This document shows, one piece after another, positions 8,901 through 18,944 of a stretch of 64,000 nucleotides of DNA. The notes under the pieces were generated by a model. The model was given only the letters and a program-made list of their open reading frames with translations, did not search any database and was not told the origin of the DNA. Numbering within the stretch: position 1 is the first letter of the stretch; every line of letters begins with the position of its first letter. This DNA is from Bugula neritina. Taxonomy: Eukaryota > Animalia > Bryozoa. The stretch spans positions 3,315,538 to 3,379,537 of the forward strand of contig OZ037772.1 in the NCBI GenBank assembly GCA_964035545.1. Reading direction: 5' to 3'. The position numbers were made by a program, and so were the translations under genes.

Positions 8901-11442
8901 TGACGTCGTCGAGGTATACTAGCAGTGTCTTCCAGTGGAGTCCACTGAGGACCTGTTCCATGAGCCGCTGGAACATGGCGGGGGCGGAAGTCAGTCCGAA
9001 GGGGAGGACTTTCCACTTCCATAAGCCGTCCCGCGTGATGAACGCCGCCTTCTCCTGGGCGTCTGGGCTGAGGGGGACCTGCCAATAGCCGCTCAACAAG
9101 TCTAGCGTACTGAAGTACTTGCTGCCGGCTAAGGCGTCCAGAGATTCGTCGATCCTGGGTAAGGGGTAGGCGTCCTGTATGGTCACGCTATTGAGCTTGC
9201 GATAATCCGCACAGAACCGCCAACTGCCGTCTTTCTTTCGGACCAGAACGACCGGTGAACTCCACGCTCTATGTGCTGGCTCGATGAGGCCGCGGTCCAA
9301 AAGATCCCGGACTTGTTGGCTGACCTCCTTTTCCTTCTCGGGTCCCAGCCTCCTAGTGGGCTGCCGAATAGGGGTAGTCCCTGCAGCCAGCGGTATCTCA
9401 TGACGGACGGCCGTGGTCAGGCCGACGTCATGGTCCCCACTGCTGAACACGTCGCTATAATCACGTAGCAACTGAGCCATAGTCTGGCGTTCCACGTTGC
9501 CCGTGCAGCCGTTACACGCTGCCTGGTATAGCTCTTTGACGTGTGATGGGACGGTCCCCCGCCTAACTGACGGGCTCTGTTGGGGACCTTCCCTCGCAGC
9601 TCCCAGCGACGGCCCTATATCCTCCTCCTGGATGGAGTGGAAGCGACCCAGCATGGATCCTGACGGTAATTGTACTGCTTCGGAGAAGGGGTTGACACAC
9701 TGCACCAAGATCTCTCCTCGGTCAGTCAGCCGGTTAAGACTGCTGGCGAGTTGGATTCTAGAGTGCGCACCTTCGACAACCCCTAGCCCCGAGAGTTGGC
9801 TATTGTTCACTCTGCAGTGAACGGTAGCCCGGGAGCGGCCGGGTATAGTACAGTTGCGTACTACCTGCACACCTCCCGCTAGAGGACGACCGAACTTGTC
9901 GACACAGGTGAGCTCTTTGCCGCCCATTAGCATGGCTGACTTGCTAAAGTCAATATGGCACCCGTGTCTCCTCAAGAACGGCATCCCTAGTATGGCATCT
10001 TCCTCCAGTGGGCTGATGACGAAGGTTTCCTGAATGGCTTGGTCGCGGACGCGCCCAGCCAATTCTATGATACCGTAGAAAGGAATCCGTGACCCGTCAG
10101 CTAGGGTGCCCGGTTCCCCGGTATAGGGAGCTAAGGCTCCCCTCTCCTTGAGAGGGAGGGTGTCGAAGACCCGACGGCTGAGGAGATTAGTGGTACACCC
10201 GGAGTCTAACAGGAAGGTGACAGCTTTACCGGCCACCTTCCCTGGCAAGAAGTAGCTGCCTCCGTGAGGTTGTACCCGTACTCCCCCAGCGTGCTCGGTC
10301 TCGGCCGAACGGGGCTGTGCCCGTTTGTTCCGCAGTTTGCGGGGCCGGTGAGAGTTTCCTTGCGGGGAGGTGTTCTGATCCTCCCCGATGCCCTGAGAGT
10401 TCTCGCTGGTCTGTTCCATTACTGGTAACGGACTGAAGCGGTTGGTGAGAGGCAGAGAGAAGGGGTCTCGTGGTCGACCTGGTTGGCTGGTCCGGCGAGG
10501 TGTTTGCCATTGACGGGGGGTGTGTCGCTGGGCCCGTACGGGCTCCTGGCGACACCCACCCCGTTTTTCTCTCTGTGTGTGTCCGCGGAGCTCTGGGGGT
10601 CTCCGGGGAGGTTTTGGTTTCTGCTGCCGTTTGAATCGTGGGCCGCTCAGGTGGCGGTGTCCCTGATTGCCGCTTTCCCAGCGTCGCATCATAGGTCTGG
10701 GGGGTTTTGCTGCCGTCCTCTTACTCTTCCTTGAATGGTTGTATGTTATCGTCGCCACCAATTGTCCCAGTCTAGTCATCAAGCGGCTTATCTCCATCTC
10801 TATGGGGGTTTTAGTGGTCGCGGCAGCTATGCGGACCGAATGGTCTGGTTCCCTAGAGGGCTGGGGCGTGGTCTCTTCCGTCTTATAGAGTCGCTCGGCT
10901 CCAGCGTAGGCCTTGTTCTCTTGGATTGCAGCCTCAATTGTGGTCACTCCCTTGGCTTGTAACTGGTGGTGGAAGTCCAAAGAATTGAGAGACTGTACAA
11001 AGGCTTCGAATGTGTAGTGCCGTCTGTGTGTTTCTGGCAGATCGCTATACGCGGTCCGTGCCAGTCTCTGCACCAGAGTGGCGTGGTCAGAAAGCGGTGT
11101 ACATGTCTTGCGGAGTAATCCTCGCAGTCTGGACTTGGCGACGGCAACGGGCATGCCAAAACGGGCCCGTAGTGTAGCAATGATCCCGTTTATGCTAGGC
11201 TTCCACCCGTACGGCTTGGCTTCTCCCGTCAGTGCCATCCGCAATTTTGTAAGGGTTACTCTTGGCGGCCATCTTGTAATGGCTGCAGCTTCACGGAACT
11301 CTTGAACGAATTGTTCGATATCCTCGCGGCCTGTGAACACGGGAACCTCTAACGTGTTCCTATATACCTCCTCTCCAGCTCCGAGAGGGCCTATAATAAT
11401 GTTCTGCTCACCTCCTTCCATTGAAGTTACTCCCTCGTCCAT
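5983..11442 (-). CDS. gag-pol: Gag-Pol polyprotein in one frame (CA, PR, RT, RNase H, IN), 1819 aa
   Basis: LLDSGC, YLDD, DTDAS, HKHAH...CEIC, DLVG/SDQG/ERNN and GPY motifs in Ty3/Gypsy order. Confidence 0.97.
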   Translation of the reverse strand: MDEGVTSMEGGEQNIIIGPLGAGEEVYRNTLEVPVFTGREDIEQFVQEFREAAAITRWPPRVTLTKLRMALTGEAKPYGWKPSINGIIATLRARFGMPVAVAKSRLRGLLRKTCTPLSDHATLVQRLARTAYSDLPETHRRHYTFEAFVQSLNSLDFHHQLQAKGVTTIEAAIQENKAYAGAERLYKTEETTPQPSREPDHSVRIAAATTKTPIEMEISRLMTRLGQLVATITYNHSRKSKRTAAKPPRPMMRRWESGNQGHRHLSGPRFKRQQKPKPPRRPPELRGHTQREKRGGCRQEPVRAQRHTPRQWQTPRRTSQPGRPRDPFSLPLTNRFSPLPVMEQTSENSQGIGEDQNTSPQGNSHRPRKLRNKRAQPRSAETEHAGGVRVQPHGGSYFLPGKVAGKAVTFLLDSGCTTNLLSRRVFDTLPLKERGALAPYTGEPGTLADGSRIPFYGIIELAGRVRDQAIQETFVISPLEEDAILGMPFLRRHGCHIDFSKSAMLMGGKELTCVDKFGRPLAGGVQVVRNCTIPGRSRATVHCRVNNSQLSGLGVVEGAHSRIQLASSLNRLTDRGEILVQCVNPFSEAVQLPSGSMLGRFHSIQEEDIGPSLGAAREGPQQSPSVRRGTVPSHVKELYQAACNGCTGNVERQTMAQLLRDYSDVFSSGDHDVGLTTAVRHEIPLAAGTTPIRQPTRRLGPEKEKEVSQQVRDLLDRGLIEPAHRAWSSPVVLVRKKDGSWRFCADYRKLNSVTIQDAYPLPRIDESLDALAGSKYFSTLDLLSGYWQVPLSPDAQEKAAFITRDGLWKWKVLPFGLTSAPAMFQRLMEQVLSGLHWKTLLVYLDDVIVISPDFQTHVSRLREVFDRLRGANLKLKPSKCALLQPEVKYLGHIVGRHGVATDPEKVRAIEDWVTPQDLTGLRAFLGLVGYYRQYIPDFAGVAQPLNRLTAKGVTWQWTPVEQRAFDCLKGRLLEAPILAYPDPALEYILDTDASDQNVGAVLSQVQEGREVVVAYYSKSLSPTERNYCTTRKELLAVIKSVKHFRPYLYGRKFCLRTDHVSLIWLCKRAEPSSQVARWLEVLAEFSYRIEHRPGKKHGNADGLSRRPDEGCKQCLNIEKRDGGPPKSELRALNHSETEYDWDQSQLLQKAATPPEAIQRLRANPVLADNVRELRRLQEDLPGVVADVYRAKKEGRRPSEEQLRQGCTELRSYCQRWDSLRIGPDGLLTITVAAHNNQYGRKRVICPAAIRRELVWDTHKHAHAGVSRVLSKLQLRWYWPGMEREVRRRVKQCEICQASKHGRLPGEAGRRRLYAGRPWQVVAIDLVGPMPVTPRGNSWILVLTDHFTRWADALAIPDASAPTVARVLDQNVFCYLGLPEQIHSDQGAQFQSQLLSDLCRLWGVNQSRTIPYHPQGNGVVERNNRMLGDALRSLLLGRGQEEWDTVLPQVMRAYRSTPHTSTGETPNLLMLGRETRVPDHLTYHIPEQDYTIHEYASKLIEDLRATHEILRAKQWQVRREDSQEPPLYQTGDWVWMINYRRRRGQAAKLQPKFVGPYVVVEAMPNHTYKLERSGQVSVQNETRLKPYWASPGAAGAAPPLLEPRRQTVTRGRQRHGPEYEVVVPRGEDLVRQETPLPPTEVRPPPPVPSLPPPLPVPHPRPEVQNPPVGGAPSGDNSGEGNTTTNGGPETPQVEQNSPPVSTPPQPTATTPSPADASPPLERGQRTRQPPAYLKDFICDRVTNGSYESLAGRRTEGLATKRGSCEHHGNLNFCEGGVVNKTTTPGANSSSRAQQPRCPVFSYADVVKGRRIQTQSTDIQA

Positions 11443-11484
11443 GATGTTCTAATACTTCTCATTGTTCTTATACAGTAGCTAGAA

Positions 11485-11502
11485 ATCCCACCGCTGCCAC
11501 CA
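11485..11502 (-). promoter_or_regulatory. Primer binding site, tRNA-Leu
   Basis: Same 18-mer as in elements A and C, 1 nt from the LTR. Confidence 0.9.
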
Positions 11503-11503
11503 C

Positions 11504-11777
11504 TGTAGTAATTTGTGTAACTACTATGCGTGGGTTCCTAGCTTGTAATTATGTCTATTTATCTACACCAATAAAGTATTTAGGTAAAAGTTTCCAAGTT
11601 TATTTACTACTAATTATATAAAAGATACAGCACGTACACAGATTAGAGATTACATCCTCGCTTAGTTAGCACGCTCTCTCTACTGCAAAACTACTACTAA
11701 CTAAGGCCTATCACGTGACGCACTTGGATAGGCTGAAGGAATGCGGGGGGGGACGCGCGTATTACGTCCTCACTACA
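11504..11777 (-). repeat. 5' LTR of element B (274 bp)
   Basis: Direct repeat of 4195-4471. Confidence 0.97.
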
Positions 11778-12276
11778 ATATCCAATTGTACGGTTTTTAT
11801 GACTTTAAAATCCGTTTTTGAGAAGCAAGGCTAGATCAGTGTGGTATATTAAGAGTGTTGCCATTAGCAAATCTTACGGAATCATATGGGCGCCACTATG
11901 CCGAGATTGGTACCGCGAGTTTATATAAGTTATAAGGGAAAAATTTTGCCACTTTTGTTATTTTATTTTTTTTCTATTTTATGTAGACATTTTTTTTAAT
12001 TTTTTTTATTGGTAAAGTTTTTAAACACATTTTTAATGCACATAAAATTAAAAGAAAAATTAAAACTCAATCATGCACATAAATACAAAGCTATAAAGTT
12101 CAAGCTTCGCTGTGATTTTAATGTGAATATGAATTGAATAATGCTTGCAATAACCATTATACACAAAATACGTTACAGTTGCTATAAATGTAAGACTAGT
12201 TAATTGGATGCAAATAAGCACAGTAATACTACTTAATTTATGCTATTTTTGATTTTTGTAGTAAATATTTGGCATG

Positions 12277-12287
12277 TATATATATAT

Positions 12288-12363
<76 letters not shown>
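12277..12363. repeat. (TA)n microsatellite
   Basis: Nearly pure TA run. Confidence 0.95.
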
Positions 12364-12364
<1 letters not shown>

Positions 12365-12365
<1 letters not shown>

Positions 12366-13523
12366 TGCTATTTACTAAATAAAAGCAATTACATAAAAAG
12401 AATCTTTCTTTTAAATAGATTCGTTTTTAAAATAATTGTGCAAACTAATTTAAATAATGAATATTTAAGCCGTCCAAATCATTTTTAGGTTTTTGATTTG
12501 CTTGATTTTGTGATTAGGGAAAGCTAGATTTTTAAGCTGAGTTTAATTCAAACAAGCCGGATAAACATTTTTTAATCTTTTAAAACTTTTGAATTGATTA
12601 AATTAAATCAAAAATAAGCGATTAAAATAAACTAGCGAAAATGTTCTTTAAATTTTAGTACCAGATCAACTCTACCCAATAGGAGCCCGCCGTGATTTTT
12701 TGAATCAAGCACTGCTTGATCAACGCCGCAACGTATACCGGAGTACGATTTATCCCGGATGTTAACAAAACTCGCTAAAATTTGCTGTTACGGCGTACGG
12801 TACGGTAAGTGTGAATAGGGGGTTACCCCTCACCCCTCACCCCTCATTCACACTTACCGTATCGTACGCCGTAACAGCAAACATAAAATGGCGACGCTGT
12901 TGCATTTTGTCAACGGGTGTTCACACATTGCCGTAAAAGTACAATGCATGACGGTGAGCTGTGACCAATCATGATAAAGCCAACTCGTGTCTGCGGTGAT
13001 TTGACAGCCTTTGAATATTATTTACAAATTATTCGCAACATTCTTATCAAAAGATGTTATACAAATGCTATTTACTAAATAAAAGCAATTACATAAAAAT
13101 AATCTTTCTTTTAAATATATTTGTTTTTGAAATAATTGTGCAAACTAATTTAAATAATGAATATTTAAGCCGTCAAAATCATTTTTAAGTTTTTGGTTTG
13201 CTTGATTTTGTGATCAGGAAAAGCTAGATTTTTAAGCTGAGTTTAATTCAAACAAGCCGGATAAAGATTTTTTTAATCTTTTAAAACTTTTGAATTGGTT
13301 AAATTAAATCAAAAATAAGGGATTAAAATAAACTAGCGAACATGTTCTTTAAATTTTAGTACCAGATCAACTCTACCCAATAGGAGCCCGCCGTGATTTT
13401 TTGAATCAAGCACTGCTTGATCAACGCCGCAACGTATACCGTGGTACGATTCAGACCGGATGTTAACAAAAATCGCTAAAATTTGCTGTTACGGCGTACG
13501 GTACGGTGAGCGTGAATGAGGGG
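12365..13523. mobile_element. Two tandem PIF/Harbinger-like MITE copies (left-truncated 12365-12823; complete about 12827-13523)
   Basis: TIR CCCCTCATTCACACTTACCGTA...TACGGTGAGCGTGAATGAGGGG with TTA flanks. 12365-12823 repeats 13066-13523. Confidence 0.7.
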
Positions 13524-13614
13524 TTAATATACCACACTGGGCTAGATAGAAGTTAAACATTCTAGGAATCCATGTTATTTTGAAATAATCAATCACTTTT
13601 AAGTAAAAGAACAT

Positions 13615-16180
13615 CACAGTTAGTTTAAGGTCATTACTTTCCAGATTCAAGCACTGCTTTATGTTATATACAAACGGTTTCCAGGGGATAGCTCAAACAG
13701 TTTTTGTCTCACATTAACAAATTTTACATGAAAAGATAGCTCTTGCATTCCTCTTTCATATACTTTTTTAATTTTTCAATAAAAAAATTTCTGAGAAAGT
13801 TGTTGCATAATAAGTAAAATTTTACACCCTCCATGTTCCACTGCTGTAGCACAGGGGATTCATTTTATAAAGTCTAAAAGTTAAACTTGACATTCCTTGA
13901 TATGTTTTCTCTAATATACTTTCTTTGTTTTTTGAAATTCTGTTTATGCTCTTCACAATTTGGTAAAAACATACACCATTTTGCAAGTTTCACTGCAATT
14001 TTCTAAATTCTTCATATGGTGGTTCTAGCTACGCTCCTGTGACTAATTATAACATTCCTAGTACGTTTGCCGCTCTGCGCTATCACAATAACATATAGTA
14101 CCCTCTCGCACAAATTGGCAATCTATTGGATTTCTGCCAAGATAATGTTCCCTGTTTTACATTAGCACTTAGCTGAATCATCTTACTATGTTACAATAAT
14201 AATATATTGAAAATGCCTCAGCACAACATAATTCTTTGTTTGTTTGGCAGAGTTAATTTCAGCTAAATCACTTCACTTTGCAGTCTTGTCAGTAAAGGTC
14301 TGTCTATAGCGCAGCAGGTGTACTTTCAGTTTCTCTAATTCACATATGATTATTTTAAGTACATTGTATTCTATAAGATCAATTTAAGGTTTAGTCCAGC
14401 GTTCAGTATCTAATTATTATGCATGTATGTTGTCTTACTGTTGAACAAAAGTTAAAAAAAAAACTTTACACTTATAGCCATATTTATTATACATTCGTAG
14501 GATTTGCATAAGTTGACAAAAAAAATTGCAACTTAACAGGGTTGAACCATGACCAACCAACTCGTCGCTGACGCCTCTAACCTCTGGACCACGCAGTCAT
14601 CATTAATGAGACACGCACTATATGAGTGACTATCATTACATAAATATTTCGCGCGCAAACGGGTTATAATTATTAGGCTGTCAATTCATGTTGATAGCAG
14701 TCAACTGTTGCAATAGTCTCGGTTACTAGCAAAGCTAATGGTTTTGAACAAATAACCCAAAAGTTTAAAAATAAGTAGCTTGCGTATTACTAGCTACAAA
14801 AACAGGTCTGAAATAGACTGGTAAAGCAAGCTCTTATTGTAGAGTTTGCAGATGTGCTCTAAAATAAAACCTAAACTGTATGCTATTACATAAGTATTTG
14901 TATGCGAGAGATAAATGGACATTACTTAGTTTCTGGAAAACAACATACTTGAAGTTAACTTTGACAATGGTGTGTTATTTTCATCATAGCTAGCCTATAG
15001 CATAAATCTCTAATCATATGAATCTTTATGAAGCCCACAGCTCATGTAAGGGTGGCAATGTAATTTGAAATGAACAATTATGTTGCTGCATTGTGTCTAA
15101 GGTATATTAGAGAGCAGAATTTGGTTTTAATAGCCTACCCCAACGGCATTCTACAATGCAGCTTATATGCTGGCAGTTGTAATAAGTACTGCCAATAGCA
15201 AGGTTACTATCACTGCTAGCTCTGTGCAGTATGTAACCTCTTGAATAATTGCGCCAATTTTAAACTCTTGGAAGTTGGCCAAGTTATCATATCGCAGCCA
15301 GCCACCGGAGACAAAGCATCAGAGCTATTCATATAATATTATACTGACGCACTTGGTAGCAGAGTGGCTAATCTAATATAGTTCATAGTTCAACACCCTT
15401 TACTTTGGGAATACAGCCTCTTTTTTTAGGTTTACCTTACAAAGCATGAAAATATCTAAACTGATATTCTGATAATTTAGAGGTACATTTTGAAAACTAG
15501 GTTAATTGCACTTGTTTGCACAACAACAATAATAAAATAGATATTATGCAGTATAATAAAAACACACATAATACTATATAATATATTATAATGATAATAA
15601 TATAATATTATAAGTACCATTACTGCATTTTATAAATCACATGGTTGCCAAAAAAATGTATCACAAATTTTGTAATTATACATCAAAAATAGAACTAGCT
15701 AGGCAGCAGGTTAGAATAGAGTAAATTTTTAAAACATGAAATCATGATTTGACTATTGTTTTATTTAGGCCAACCAACCTAGGAATACAAGATTGGGTTT
15801 TAGCTGACAGTTTATAACATTTAGCTTTTGAGCCAGCAGCACTGGCACTTGTGAAGTATAGGCAAAGTTAGTGAAGCGAGACTAACAAGCACTCAAATAC
15901 AAGGCATATTGAGACACAATAACAAGTCAGGAGCGTATAAATTGAAAAGAATGTGGAAGGGGGACTATGTTTTTCAACAAGCTATAACTTAAACATGAAT
16001 TGGCTTTTGAAAAAAATAAAAAAGTATATTGGAGAACATAAATTTCTTTATCTTTTCATATTTTTTTTGTTCCTGTGACATTCAACCTGTTCGAGCTATC
16101 AGTGGAACATTGTTCATATAGAACATAAAGCACCTGGCAAAGAGCCAGAAAATGAAAAGTATGACCTTAAACCAACTGTG
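13615..16180. mobile_element. CACTA/EnSpm-like non-autonomous element nested in the Kolobok left end
   Basis: TIR CACAGTT(A/G)GTTTAAGGTCAT, 2-bp AT duplication; removal restores the palindromic site AACATGTT. Superfamily assignment rests only on termini and TSD. Confidence 0.65.
14536..14599 (-). mobile_element. tRNA-derived (SINE-head-like) relic
   Basis: Minus strand A-box-like TGGTCCAGAGG and B-box-like GGTTCAACCC at tRNA-like spacing, no cloverleaf. Confidence 0.45.
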
Positions 16181-18440
16181 ATGTTTTGTTAGTTGCATCT
16201 GAAAGATTTGTAAAAAAAAATTCTAAGCCTAATACACCAAAAAAGTTAATTGAAGTATATATGTTAATAGTACCGATAATGACGTGCGGCGGCTGAGAGA
16301 AGAAAAATTTAAGTCGGAGTTACCCCTCATTTCTCTATACCAATATATAGAGATTTGCGAGAAGATAAAGATTTTTTAAAAATAATATTGTGGCTCTCTA
16401 GTAACTTTCTGGGCTTAGAAAATTAGATCACATATTTTCTTCAATGTGAACAATAACTCAATTTTTTTTAAATTTATTTTGAAGCTCTTTTCTTAAAAAA
16501 TAATCAAAAGTAAAAAATCCAAAATATTTCCTAATTGGTTCGGGGCTTGACGCTAAATACACTTGGATGAAAATGTCAAGGTCAGTATTATTTATTTTAT
16601 CACAATACTTCGTATAATAATGTTCTAGAACTAAAAGTAACTGAAGTGATCCGAAGCAATTAAAATTGCAATAAAAGAAAATGTTGCAAGCATATTGATC
16701 GTAAGTTATTGAGTTAAATTTTGTTTAAATTTATATCGCTTTCAGTTGAACTAATATCTAATTAGTTACAATAAGTATAACTTAAACAGTTGAACTAAAA
16801 CAATAACTATAAGTATTAGTATAACATTTAGTTTTACATTATGATTTAGATTATGATTATCAATATGAATATCTTTATTCTTTATGATTAACATAGCTAT
16901 ATTATACTATTACTCTTAGACATAGAGTCATACTGTTGGTGATGCTAATAGTAATACTTTGTAGACTTAGAGTTCTAAGTTAAGCATTTATTATATTTAT
17001 AATCATAATGATAATGATATTTGATAATCATATGTTTATGTTAGTTATACTTACAGTTAAGTTATGCTTATACAGTTATAGTTATACTCATAGTTATACT
17101 TATAATATGAAATTCAATCAGATGTAATAATTTTAAACTTAATTGCTGGCCTTGAAAATTGAAATTAAATATGAATAATTATAAAATAATTTCATTATAA
17201 TTATAATTTATACTAACGATTATATTTATAACAAATTTTCAACTTGAGATATAGTGCTATCATACTCATAGTATATATTGAAAGGTAATTATAGTTACTA
17301 ACTAAGTTAGAGTTAAATTCATCTAAGTGACCTTTATTTTAGTCATTCCTCAGAATAACTAACTTGTACTGCTTAAATTTAGCAGCTCATTATGATTATT
17401 AGTTTTGAATGATGTTTAATAAGTTTAATTTTTGCATGTAAAACTAAAAGTTTTTCATAAATATGGCTGGTAGACTTCGTAACCTTTGGCAGTAATAACA
17501 TTGTAGCATAAATTAAACACATTTTGATAAGAATACATAATTACTAATAATACTAATAATTCTAAAAGGTGTGATAATATTGCTTTTATCATTGCTTGTG
17601 AAGCATCTTTTTAATTATTTTCCAAAGGAATTTTTATGCTGCATATCATGTGCTGAATAGATTACAACTACAACATATCATGTTGCTGTACCTTCTATGT
17701 TGCAGCTCAGCTTACACTCCCTGCCACAAATGTTCTTACACCAGCAGGACCACAGAATGATGGAGCTGTATTTATATAAATTTCTTTTGTTAGCAGTAGC
17801 GGTATCATGAAAAAAATGGCAAGTGTTTTACTCAATAAAAGTATTTTTTTTTTTCAATTTTATAAAATATTCTATAGCCTACTCTATTGTTTTATTTAAA
17901 TAAAGGACTGGTCTGAAATGTCTTAGCAATTAGTTAGTTAATATAGTAATTATTATACAGACTTATAGGTTAAAAGGCCACAAAAATAATTAGATAAAAC
18001 ATCAATCACACAAAGCAGGTTAATATTGCCTTATATCAACTAATTTCACATTATTATTGTTTGCTAGCTGTCACATATTTACTTAATATGTTTGTTCAAT
18101 TTAGTGTTTAGAAGTAGAAGGTTCAAACAGCAGAGAAAAACTATCTCAACACTACATGTTCTACATCTCCAACTCATTTTAGTATTGATGGTCAGTTTAT
18201 TGCTATCTGAAACATAGTTTTATTTTGTTTTCAGTCAATTAGATAATTTTGTAGATAGTTAAGATTAAAACGCTTGTGCAATGATTGTCTATAATGCTAA
18301 ACTGATTTATTGAAACTAAAACTATTTTTAAAATTACAAAAAACCTTGACAATCTTTTCATAAAAAATAATGTCCTATAATCGATCTTCATTGTAAACAA
18401 ACTTAAAAAATTTCCAATCAGCTAATTGTTCATGATCATC

Positions 18441-18944
18441 TGTAGGTGGAAGAAGCTTGCACCCAGTTATACAGGCAAGCTGGCAGCTGTTTTCTTTGTC
18501 CTCTATGAAGAGTTGAGAACAGCCAGAAAACGAATGCTCTATAACTGCAAAACCTTCTTGTATTGCCTTGTGTTATCCAATGAATCATCTGTAGCAAAAA
18601 CAATTATTAATTTATTTTACATTGAATGTATTAGCAAAATTACTCATCTTGGTAAATATACTCAAAAATACTATATCGTAACTCATGTTTGGCTATGTTT
18701 ATGCTCTTTATGCAAACTTACAGCAGAAATCAAACTATATATTAAAGATTGATATACGAATAAGTGTAAGAATTAAATGTAAGCTAACCTTGGTAGCATA
18801 TACAACTGTTGAATGTGGCGTCAGTTCAAATACACCAGGGTGATAAGTTATTAGAATCAAGCTTTGTAAGTGCCTCTTCACAGCTCTGGCAGCAACCGGA
18901 CTGCTCCTTAGCTCCTCACACCATTCTACTGGTGGGATGCTAGC
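18441..18944 (-). pseudogene. KolX / P2X7-ballast-like gene relic, two exons (18789-18944, about 18441-18588)
   Basis: GCCQSCEEALTKL, ITYHPG and RRFCSYRAFVFWLFSTLHRGQRKQLPACLYNWV match the CC...ITxHPG...RxxxYRxFxxW...G.R..lPsC signature. Frameshifted, with GT/AG junctions. Confidence 0.7.

Larger units (their letters stand above)
4195..11777 (-). mobile_element. Full-length Ty3/Gypsy LTR retrotransposon B (gag-pol fusion plus ORF3)
   Basis: LTRs 4195-4471 and 11504-11777 differ by 2 substitutions and a 3-nt poly-G length change. ATAT on both flanks, PBS 11485-11502, PPT-like tract next to the 3' LTR. Confidence 0.97.
11837..13539. mobile_element. Non-autonomous hAT-type DNA transposon
   Basis: TIR CAGTGTGGTATATTAA / TTAATATACCACACTG, 8-bp TSD GGCTAGAT (11829-11836, 13540-13547). 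Single GGCTAGAT at the empty paralogous site near 57940. Confidence 0.88.

Noticed and set aside
5989-11305. Many antisense and alternate-frame ORFs inside Gypsy pol regions
   Set aside because: Expected shadows of GC-rich coding sequence; repeated between elements only because the DNA is homologous.
14536-14599. Functional tRNA gene
   Set aside because: Only A/B-box-like motifs, no cloverleaf; kept as a low-confidence SINE-like relic.
18426-18752. Plus-strand 108-aa ORF
   Set aside because: Antisense to the KolX-like exon; no motif of its own.
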